A stretch of DNA of 64,000 nt, taken from assembly GCF_006345805.1 (NCBI RefSeq), contig NC_043012.1, positions 55,552,001 to 55,616,000 of the forward strand. The letters run 5' to 3'. Below, piece by piece: positions 53,401 through 64,000 of the stretch; position 1 is the stretch's first letter; the number at the start of each line of letters is the position of its first letter. The translations under genes and the position numbers were made by a program. Origin of the DNA: Octopus sinensis (taxonomy: Eukaryota). The notes beneath the pieces are model-generated. The model was given only the letters and a program-made list of their open reading frames with translations. It did no database searches and had not been told where the DNA came from.

Positions 53401-54020
53401 ATTAAGATAGTAGGGTGGTTTTGAGGGAGATTAGGCTGCTATTTCTACCAGGTCTAGCTACCATGTAGAGGTCTGAACTTAATTTTCATTCGCATATTTG
53501 CATTTTAAAAATTTAACATAATCTTTTCCATAAATCAACTATTGTAAACACATACACACGCGCAAGCACGCATGCACTCATGCACACATACACACACACT
53601 CACACATGTCCGTTTCATATATCTTTTCTCAATTTCTGCTCTCTGCAAATAAAATTTTTACGGATACAACTGCTTACAAAAATAGGGATTAATGTATAAT
53701 ATCTTTCTACGTTCATAATTAAATCAATGTTTTAATGATTAGACAGAGGTCCAATAGAATAGCTCTCAGAAACAGACTACGTACAAATTCGTTCTTCACA
53801 ACTCCTAAAGCTGTTTTCTGACAAGGGTGGGGGAGTCGGGAAATTTTCATACAGCTGGAAGCTCCAATCAAAACAGGGGACCCGAAATGATAAGGTTGAG
53901 AAACGCTGTTATAGATTATGCCTAACCGAAAACGATCATACCCACATCATCCAAACAGACCGGGTGAAACTGGGCTTAGCTGCTAGTTTTATATAAAATG
54001 AAATATCAAAAACTAATATA

Positions 54021-54415
54021 GGCGCAGGAGTGGCTGTGTGGTAAGTAGCTTGTTTACCAACCACATGGTTCCGGGTTCAGTCCCACTGCGTGGCACCTTG
54101 GGCAAGTGTCTTCTACTATAGCCTCGGGCTGACCAAAGCCTGTGAGTGGATTTGGTAGATGGAGACTGAAAGAAGCCCGTCGTATATATGTATATATATA
54201 TACACGTGTGTGTGTGTTTGTGTGTCTGTCCCCCTAGCATTGCTTGACAACCGATGCTGGTGTGTTTATGTCCCCATTACTTAGCGGTTCAGCAAAAGAG
54301 ACCGATAGAATAAGTACTGGGCTTACAAAAGAATAAGTCCTGGTGTTGAGTTGCTCGATTAAAGGCGGTGCTCCAGCATGGCCGCAGTCAAATGACTGAA
54401 ACAAGTAAAAGAGTA
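54021..54415 (+). mobile_element. tRNA-derived SINE family B with an internal TA/TG microsatellite, representative full-length copy
   Basis: Head ggcgcaggagtggctgtgtggtaag...gggttcagtcccactg, CORE-like gcaccttgggcaagtgtctt, tail ...gaaacaagtaaaagagtaa. Other copies (approximate): 17055-17795-, 19719-20130-, 22065-22420-, 26012+, 35771+, 38547+, 40770-41070-, 43065-43720+ (interrupted), 47057+, 51725-52135-, 61745-62100-. Confidence 0.85.
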
Positions 54416-56564
54416 ATAATATTAAATTATTGTTTTTTTTTTAACTTTTCTTTCTTTTTATTTGTTTCTGTCATTATACTACGACCATGCTGGGGCACCT
54501 CTTTGAAGAACTTTAGCTGAACAAACCGACCCCAGCACTTATTATTTTTTCTAAATTTTTAACTGGTACCTGGTTCTTATTCTATCAGTCTGCTTTGCAA
54601 GACTGCTAAGTTATGGGGTCATAAACACACCAACACCAGTTATAACAGGTTTTTTTCAGTTTCTGTCAACCAAATCCACACACAAGGTTTTGGTCAGCCT
54701 GAGGCTGTAGCAAAAGACACTTGCCCAAGGTGCCACACAGAGGGACTGTACCTGGAACCATTTTTATCCTTTATCATTTTAATGTCTACATGTTCATGCG
54801 TTTAGCAATTCATGTAGAAGCTCCTTTTTGGTTCAAAGAAATACCTTTTCACTGCAGGAATATTTCTAATAGAACCATCTGTAGATGAACAACAAATTCC
54901 TCAATCCCAGCAACACAGAAACTAAATTTTTTTTTTTCTACTCTAGACACAAGGGCCGAAATTTTGGGTGGAAGGGACTAGTTGATAAGATTGGCCCCAG
55001 TACGCAACTGATACTTTATTTATCAACCCCGAAAGGATGAAAGGCAAAGTCGACCTGGGCGGAATTTGAACTCAGAACATAAAGACAGACAAAATACTTA
55101 TTTCTTTATTGTCCACAAGGGGCTAAACATAGAGGGGACAAACAAGGACAGACAAGCAGATTAAGTCGATTACATCAACCCCAGTGCATAACTGGTACTT
55201 AATTTATTAACGCCAAAAGGATGAAAGGCAAAGTTGACCTCGGCGGAATTTGAACTCAGAATGTAGCAGCAGATGAAATACCGCTAAGCATTTCATTCGG
55301 TGTGCTAACATTTCTACCAACTCACCATCTTACAGAGACTAAATACTGCTAGTGGTATATAATCATGAAGTCACTAACATAATTCACTCTCTGACCCTTG
55401 ATATGCTGTTCTTTGTTTCTTTCTTTCCATTAATTGGTACATTAAGTTGTGGAGGCACATGGCCTAATGGTTAGAGTAGTGGACTCACGGTCGAGGGATC
55501 GCGGGTTTGAATCTCAGACTGGGCGATGTGTGTGTTTATGAGCGAAACACCTAAGCTCCACACAGCTCTGGCAGAAGGTAATGGCGAACTTCTGCTAACT
55601 CTTTCGCCATAACTTTCTCTCACTCTTTCCTCCTGCATCTTGCAGCTCACCTGTGATGGACTGGCGTCCCGTCCAGGTGGGGAACCTGTACGCCAAGGAA
55701 ACCGGGAAACTGGCCCTTATGTTGGTTTTTGGAACATAGCTGAAAATTTTTTTACATAAAATTATAATGGCTGGTTATAATTTAGATAATGAATTCTTTA
55801 AGATAGGCAAATTTACCATATTAATTTGTTTATAAAATGAAATTATTTTCCTTTTCAAGAAAAAAAAACATGGTCATGTGATTTTTCCCACATTGAACTT
55901 ACAGCAGGCATTCTGTTATGATGCATTCATTAAGTTCAAAGGTCACTTCCAAATTTGCTTAGTTTCATTTAGAATGCATGAACTTTGTATTTTATACAGC
56001 AATTATAATAAATCTGACTAAGCCCTCTTTTTCCATACAGCATTAAACCAAAGAAAAATCAGTGCATATTATACACGTGAGATTTTTTCTGAGATTTCAG
56101 CATCATATTTATAGGTATGCTTTATGTACAAATGGGTCTTACACACAAATGAATATGGTATGTGGAAGAATAGAAGGCAAAGTTAATCTATATTTAAATA
56201 TAGTTTGCAATGCTATTCTCTTTTTATCTAAATCCCTTTACTGATTTTGGCATCTGCATATCACTGACTTTAGAATCTATATCCTTTCCTAATTCAAGCA
56301 ATGTAATGAGGAAAAAATGTATTATTTTTATGTATTATTTTCTAATTAATTTTCTTCTCATCTAAATGCCAAATTCTTCCTTCCTTCCTCTTCTGACTTC
56401 ATTTTTCTTTAGACTGCAGTAACCTTCCTGAATTAAAACCCTATTTTAATACAAGACATATGTACTGCATAATTTTAATTCAACACATCTGTGTGCGTTG
56501 CAGTCAAACCAACGAATGCTTTAATGCAGCATACGGTTTCAGTTAGGTAGTTTTATTAACTGAC

Positions 56565-56639
56565 ATCATCTTACACATTCCTCCTCCTCATCCTCATCAT
56601 CATCATCGTCATCGTCATCGTCATCATCATCGTCATCAC

Positions 56640-56670
<31 letters not shown>

Positions 56671-56799
56671 GTCATCATCATCATCATCATCATCACCATC
56701 ACCATCATCATCATCACCACCATCATCATCACCATCATCATCATCACCACCATCATCATCATCATCATCACCATCATCACCATCATCATCAACATCATC

Positions 56800-56872
<73 letters not shown>

Positions 56873-56990
56873 CCACCACCATCATTATCATCATCATCCT
56901 TTTCTTCTTCTAACACGATGACAACATTGATGCTGATAGTAATGATGATGCTGCTGCTGATGATGATGATGATGATGACTATGATGATTT
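56565..56990. repeat. Compound (CAT)n/(CAC)n then (GAT)n microsatellite
   Basis: Direct reading; it produces the poly-Asp and poly-Met pseudo-ORFs. Confidence 0.97.
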
Positions 56991-59900
56991 AAACATCTGT
57001 TGGTCCCAGCTGCTGCTATATGGTAGATGTCTCTGTTTAACTACTCTCTCTTTCTCTTTCTCTTTCTCCGTCTCCCTCCCTCACTCACTCACTCAATCTC
57101 CTTCCCACACACACATACACACACACATACACACACACAAACACAAGCACAACTTCCCAGTTTAGAATCTATCTTGCATCAAAGTGTCCCTTGACCAACG
57201 CCTGTCTCCCATCCCACCTACAATCAATTCAAAGCTTGAGTCATCCAACTGGCAGGAAGCAGTAGTCAAATTTCCCTCAAATTCTTCTATATTCTCTTTA
57301 AAAACAAATGACCCCATTGGATAAGGTAGTCCTAAAAAAAAAATAAATCTGAATAAAAATCAAGATAGTCCTGCTGGAACACTTTTGACCACCAGTCCCC
57401 TAGATAAGGATTGACCTAGGGCTGGGAGAGCCCCTCAACCTGTCAAAACTTCTGTTCACTTAGCTCAGTTGTCTCCCTTGCATTGCATATTCCATCGCCT
57501 GAATAAATTCCTGTTAATTTTTTTGTTCAGTTCCAGCTAAGCTCTAAGCTAGACAATCCTATACTCAAAAACATTCCAACCATGAGTATCCTATCTGCTT
57601 TTTGTTTTTTTTTCTAGGTTCATTTTTTTTTAGGTTTTAAATGTGAGATTTTAAAAAAGGGCAAAAAAGAAGAACCAGTCTTTGGTGCTGCAACAGCATG
57701 GAGGCGCAATGGCCCAATGGTTAGGATCGCGGTTTCAATTCCCAGACCGGGCATTATGTGTGTTTATTGAGCGAAAACACCTAAAGCTCCACAAAGCTTC
57801 CTGTTTCATGTCCCCAACTTCCTACGCAACTGCTGAGCCTGGATGCATATTCATCCATCCGTCGATGCTCTCGGTGTCGGGGGTTGACCTGCTTTCTCTT
57901 CTGCGGGTCTTACGAATAGCAAAGGACCACGTTTCAGACTTCTCTCATCTTGCGAGCTCTGGGACGAAGACCATTCACTCAAAAGCAACAGCAGCAGCAA
58001 CAACAGCTGCAACAGCTTAACCTGTCAAATGTAATGCTTATTTATTCACATTGTTTTTTAATTAACCATGCTTTATCTTGTAGTTTCAAGATTTCAACGA
58101 TGTAATTGTTTGTTTTAAGAAAGATATTATCGGATGGAAGCAAGAATCCAGATCTGACTAGTTTGGACATAAAACAGGAAGAATATTTGTGCCAGATATG
58201 GCCAGTTTAAATGCTAAAGAATTGAGGGAGGTTTTAGAGCCAGACTGGCTGAGTAGAAGTTTTTACTGTTGTCAGATACAACAACGTTCAGGAAAAGCAA
58301 TGTTGTTCTTTTCTTGAAGTTCTGAAGGGCAAGGAACCATTGATTCTTATTTTATATGGTGTTCCTCACATCTCAAAAAAAACCCAGCTCCCTGTCGGGA
58401 GCGTGTATGACATACAAGCAAGCTTGTATACCTTGTTTGTATGACAGGGATGCTCATTTACAATCATCACATGATGTCAAAACAAGAGTACAATTAAACA
58501 CACTCACAAACGTACACACACTCACAAAAATACACAGACCCATACATATACGTCTCTCACACACATATACACACACACACATGTCAAGTTTCTTTCAGTT
58601 TCCATCTACCAAATCCACTTACAAGGTTTTGGTCAGCCCAAGGCTACAGGAGAAAACATATGCCCAAGGTAACTGCAACAATTTATTGCAGTAGCGTAAG
58701 GTGTGATAACCAATTATTTATTATAATAGCATAAAACATGATAAATAAAACATACAGTCTATTCAGCAGATAAGACTACTCAGTTTTGTCTGTTCTATCA
58801 TTAGAAATTTCTTGAAAAACATAATTTAATGCCTTAAGAACTTTCTTTGTACGTTTACACCTGCCTAGCATCCAGTTATTCTACCTATACAGCTAGTCTA
58901 GCTAGCTACCTGTCAAACTTGATCTACTCAGGTGCTACATCAATTATCACTTTCCTCTCCTACCAACAAACGAGTCTCTCACCGTTTCTCTTGGGTAACA
59001 TGACACCTTTTGCTTCATGACAGGTTTTTTTTTATCATTCGGCCTGCATCACAAGCAATGGTTGATACCTTTGATTTCTAATGCCAATTTACTCTTTCTC
59101 TCTTCACTTGTACCTCTGTCTTTCTTTTGTGTGATTTAATTTCATACATCAAACAGATCTTACTCAACTCCTGCTGTCACATGTTTTCTTATGACCATGA
59201 AGCATCACGTCACATTATATATATGACATTGTTGTTAACATCTTAAGAAACTCTCCTTCTATGTCTTTCCCTACCAATCATTCCAGCTATTATGCCTATA
59301 CAGCTAGTCTAGCTTGCTTGCTGCCCATCAAACTTGATCTACCCAGATGCTACATCATTTGCCAGCTTCCTCATTCTTCCACTAACCAGCTACTGTCAGG
59401 AAACAGACTTGTGCGCATTTCTCATTTCTCATTTCTCTGATAACCTTCAGCTTCATGTTGACCTTCATCTTTGAAAATCATCCTGACATTTATTGCTTCT
59501 GGTAATTTCAAAGATCGAGAGACTACAGATCCACTCCAAATGCTCAACACCATTTTGCAGCATTAAAATTACCAAGATGACAGAGACGGAAGAAAGCAAC
59601 CAGGAATCGCTTTGCGTTTACCAAAGGTAGTTCAACCATCTAAAATGTTATGTCATCATCATCATTGTTTAACAGCCATTTACTATGCTGGCATGGGTTG
59701 GACGGTTTGACAGGGCATGGCCAGGCTCCAGTTGTCTGTTTTGGCATTGAATCTCCATGAGAACTACATTAAGGGTACATGTGTCTGTGGCGTGCTCAGC
59801 CACTTGCACGTTCATTTCACGAGCAGGCTGTTCCGTTGATTGGATCAACTGGGACCCTCATTGTCATAACCGACAAAGTGCCGTAGTATATATACATATA

Positions 59901-60350
59901 TATATATATATATAATAATAATATTAGGGAGTAAATCCAAACTTACAGGGAAAAATTAGATTTAGGATTAAATCTAATTTTATTGTATAAATATATATAT
60001 TAAATTAGAGATAAAACCACTATTAGGCAAATCAAACAGTGAAAATCATAAACCAATACATAGGAAAAAAATTAATTAATAAAAAATATAAAATATAAAA
60101 TTCAAAATTTAAATTATTTAAATTTAAAGTTAAAATTAAAAAATTATTTAAATTAATAATTTTATGGCAGCAGTACTGGATATTAATAGTTATCACCAAG
60201 CTAATATGGCAGTCCATAAATATAGGCTGAAGGCTGTCATTGATTAACTCCAAGAGGCCATTGCCTCTAGCTAGCTATGACACACAAACCTGTGTCCATT
60301 ATAACCTTTGAACAGGGGAGGTCAGCCACTTCCTCTTGCTGGTCAGGCAT

Positions 60351-60393
60351 CTGCAGACATGTTTCAGGGTATTTGCCCTTTATCAATGCAGAG
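60351..60393 (-). ncRNA. Minimal type I hammerhead-like motif, degenerate (intergenic)
   Basis: Minus strand: tctgca-tTGATaA-aggg(caaata)ccct-GAAAC-at-GTC-tgcaga; palindromic ACATGT stem III; C3 and G8 substituted. Confidence 0.55.
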
Positions 60394-61326
60394 TAGCCGA
60401 ACCCAGCAGGTGTCACTACTGACCGTCTGTTTGAAGGAATATTTACCTAAATTCAGTGGAATACATCCACTGGTTTTCAAAAAATAGAAATATTATTATT
60501 TCTAAGTCTCTTTAAAGGAGATTACGGCAGTGTAGCATACACACACGCACACACACAATTTTAAATGGACCCCCAAAGGCCATATGGACCCTGATTAAGA
60601 ACCATTGATCAGTGCCCTTCCTAATGCCACCCACTTTACAGAGTGTGCAGGGTGCTTTTTATGTGCCACTGGCACAGGTGCTTTTACATGGCACTGACAC
60701 AAGTACATTTTATGTGACACCAACACAAGTGCATTTTTACCTGTGCCAGCACCACATAAAATTCATTTGTGCTGGTGCCACATAAAAGCACCTGTGCTGG
60801 TAGAATTAATTAATGCCATCTTCTTTTTATAATACATGTAATTAATTACAATACATTTGATTGAATTTTTAAACAGTTCTGTGCAAAAGATGGTTGTACT
60901 GTATATTGGATTGTCCATGTTGTAGTCATACAGGGTGGCTATATAAGCACACTACACATATCCTCTGGCTTCAATGAACCATTTTTTTATAAGCATGCTG
61001 AATGGTAGCATAATTCTCCACCTTTCTTAGAGGCAGAGGGCAGCATAGCTGATTTTGAGAGAGAGAGAGAGAGGAGAATCTCCCTCAATACATCACTGGT
61101 ACTTTATTAATTGAGCATTGTTTATGTAAATCTAACTTTGTCCAAACTGGATTCAAACTTGATACCTTTATTTCTAAATTTGTTTGATCAAGAAATCTTA
61201 TTTTGTAAACTCACTTCAAATTCAGTCTGGTATTTTAAGGTAAAAGACAGGTATATTCAGGTATAAGACAGAAACCTGATCATGATCAGAGGGAGATGAT
61301 CAAACTGACTGAAATTTAGGGTAGAA

Positions 61327-61360
<34 letters not shown>

Positions 61361-62439
61361 TCATCGTTTAATGTCCGTTTTCCATGCTAGCATGGGTTGG
61401 ACGATTTCGACTGAGGGCTGGTGAGCCAGATGGCCGCACCAGGCTCCAATCTTGATCTGGCAGAGTTTCTACAGCTGGATGCCCTTCCTAACACCACCCA
61501 CTCCGAGAGTGTAGTGGGTGCTTTTTACGTGCTATGACCAAAGGGAGACTGCAAGTTGATTACCTCAATCCCTATGGTTAATTGGTGCTTATTTTATCAA
61601 CTCCAAAAAACATGAAGGACAAAGTGAACCTCAGTGGAATTTGAACTCAGAACATACAGATGCACAAAATGCCACTGAACATTTTGCCTGGCATGCTAAT
61701 GATTCTGCCAGTTCACTGCCTTCAGGTGTGTGGTGTTCTATTTTATCTCTTTTATTTGTTTCAGTCATTTGACTGCAGCCATGCACTGCCTTTAGTTGAG
61801 CAAATCGACCCCAGAACTTATTCTTTGGAAGCCTAGTACTTATTCTATTGGTCTCTTTTGCCGAACCACTAAGTTATGGGAATGTAAACACACGATGCTG
61901 GGGGGGACAAACACAGACACAAAAATATACACATAAATATATATATATATACATATATATGACAGGCTTCTTTCAGTTTCCGTCTACCAAATCCACTCAC
62001 AAGGCTTTGGTCGGCCCAAGGCTATAGTAGAAGACACTTGCTCAAGGTGCCATGCAGTGGGAATGAACTTGGAACCATGTAATTGGTAAGCAAGCTATTA
62101 ATTTTTGTATCATGCATAATCTATGAACTAGAGTGTAGTGTGTGGCATACAAACAAGAGCAGGGGTCAGTGAACCAGGGTAAATTACCCCCAGCGGGATA
62201 GCCATGATATTCTTGGGGTTAATGAGGACTTATTAAACATAAGTAAAATTATATAAAAAATATATTTCCTGTTGTCTGTGATTTTCTTCCTTTTGAATCA
62301 TGTGAGGTAACATTGGAATAAATAAATATATTTTGAGGTAATTGGTTAAAAAGTTCCCCCGGACCCTGAACTAGAGCATCATAGTATGTAGCACATTAGC
62401 TGTAATATGATGTGAACTACGTTAACTATAGTGGTTTGC

Positions 62440-62449
62440 AGTAGTTGTG

Positions 62450-62483
<34 letters not shown>

Positions 62484-62593
62484 CGGTGGCTGTGGTGGTG
62501 ATGGTGGTAGTAGTAGTAGTGGTGGTGGTGGTAGTGGAGGTGGTGGTGGTGGTGGTGGTGGTGGTGGTAGTAGTAGTGGTAGTAGTAGTAGTG

Positions 62594-62631
<38 letters not shown>

Positions 62632-62632
62632 C
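62440..62632. repeat. (GTA)n/(GTG)n microsatellite
   Basis: Direct reading. Confidence 0.95.
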
Positions 62633-63019
62633 AGTCCTGATCAAGTAGACCAATGATGGAAGGTTTTCCAGCCATGACCATCTAAATTTCTCTTTTTTTT
62701 TTTACGTATGTGCAGAAAACTCAGGACCACAACACTATCTAATGTGTCCTTTGACTTTTTTAAGGCAGGAAAGAGCATCATTATTTGAGAGGTTTGGCTG
62801 TTATTTCTAGCATGTTGGTTAACCACATAGATGCTCCATTGCTGCCGCGTAAAGGTGGCACAATCTTTAAGAAGTTGGTGATTTTAGGCAAAACCCCTTC
62901 AGGAATGTTATGTATCATGGTATTTAGGGAAGAGATGGGTAATATACATCTGCTTCTGATAAATTAGAGGATTAGTTTCAGGTTTTAGGTCATGGTTTAT
63001 TTTAAGCAATGAGAAAATA

Positions 63020-63061
63020 AAGTATTTTGTAATATATATACATATATATATATATATATAC

Positions 63062-63125
<64 letters not shown>

Positions 63126-63252
63126 CATACATACATACATACTATATATATATATATATCTATATATATATACATGTATATAAATATATATATATTCATA
63201 TATAGATATTCATATATATATTCATATATATACATATATATATATAATACAT

Positions 63253-63288
<36 letters not shown>

Positions 63289-63341
63289 CATACATACATA
63301 CATACATACATACATAGATACATATATATATGTAATATATA

Positions 63342-63392
<51 letters not shown>

Positions 63393-63430
63393 TAATATAT
63401 ATACATACACATATATTATATGTATAATAT
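63020..63430. repeat. Degenerate (TA)n/(TACA)n microsatellite
   Basis: Direct reading; similar tracts at 17280-17630 and 26545-26650. Confidence 0.95.
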
Positions 63431-63541
63431 AATTTATTATACATATATAATATCATGTGTGTGTGTGTGTGTATGATAGTAAATAATAAATAAACGAGTA
63501 CCTGCCCACAGGGATTCTAAAGTAGGTTTGTATGAGGTGCT

Positions 63542-63555
63542 GTTTCCATGGTAAC
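63542..63555. promoter_or_regulatory. Candidate RFX X-box (GTTTCCATGGTAAC)
   Basis: Near-perfect palindromic match to the RFX consensus, in a short non-repetitive island between microsatellites. Confidence 0.4.
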
Positions 63556-63714
63556 TTAGAGACTAATTGCAAGAATTCTTGGAACTTTGCCAGTTTTGTA
63601 CAAGAAATACATAAATACATGTTATTTGTCAAAGGCTGGAAGAAGTTTTTTTTCTCTTTTTTTTTTTTTCTGGATGTAAAAGAGGGAAGTGTTTGAGGAA
63701 TTTATAGTATTTTG

Positions 63715-64000
63715 ACGGCGGTGGCGGCGGCGGTGGTGGTGGTGGTGGTGGTGGTGGTGGTGGTGGTGGTGGTGGTGGTGGTTCTTGTTGTTGCAACAGT
63801 TGTATCGGTGGTAGCTGCGATGGTTGTGGCATTGGTAATAATGGCAGTGGTGTTGTTTGTGGTGATACTATTAATAGTGGTGGTGGTTGTGGTGGTGGTG
63901 GTGGAAGTGGTGGCGGTGGCGGCGGCGGCAGGTGGAGGTTGTGGTGGTGGTAGTGGTGGTGGTGGGGTGGGTGATAGTAGTGGTGGTGGCGGCGGCGGCG
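63715..64000. repeat. (GGT)n/(GGC)n microsatellite running off the window end
   Basis: Direct reading. Confidence 0.93.

Noticed and set aside
56566-56916. Poly-Asp ORF resembling acidic biomineralisation proteins
   Set aside because: It is entirely a (CAT/CAC)n microsatellite, open in several frames, with no signal peptide or supporting exons.
58880-59385. Local ~70 nt imperfect direct duplication (ctatacagctagtctagct...gctacatca)
   Set aside because: Two diverged copies about 410 nt apart with no TIR, TSD or coding signal; probably an old repeat fragment.

Overview
Repeat-rich animal genomic DNA, most likely an octopus. That assignment comes from recognising the tRNA-derived SINE families and the very dense (TA)n/(TATG)n/(TAA)n/(CAT)n microsatellites, not from a database search. 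One protein-coding gene can be reconstructed by hand on the + strand: pseudouridine synthase 7 (PUS7, TruD family), with 17 coding exons from ATG 17984 to TAA 50409 and an intact catalytic GTKD motif. The exons sum to 1919 nt, one short of a 640-codon frame. The missing base maps to exon 13 (about 41479-41481) and is most likely an assembly indel. The ORF track misses most of this gene and is dominated by microsatellite artefacts. The rest of the window is SINEs, an RTE-like non-autonomous family, CR1-clade 3' ends, an RLE-endonuclease retrotransposon remnant, a maT/DD37D-like Tc1/mariner derivative, hAT-like MITEs and six copies of a ~420 bp MITE with 8 bp TSDs. The most interesting unannotated signal is a set of small type I hammerhead-ribozyme-like folds of the kind associated with Penelope-like elements, in four different sequence contexts. 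Three lie in sense orientation inside PUS7 introns, each with a core or stem defect, and two sit in long inverted repeats. One of those inverted repeats is a TSD-flanked unit enclosing a tRNA-like Pol III head. No CRISPR array, rRNA or convincing tRNA gene was found.
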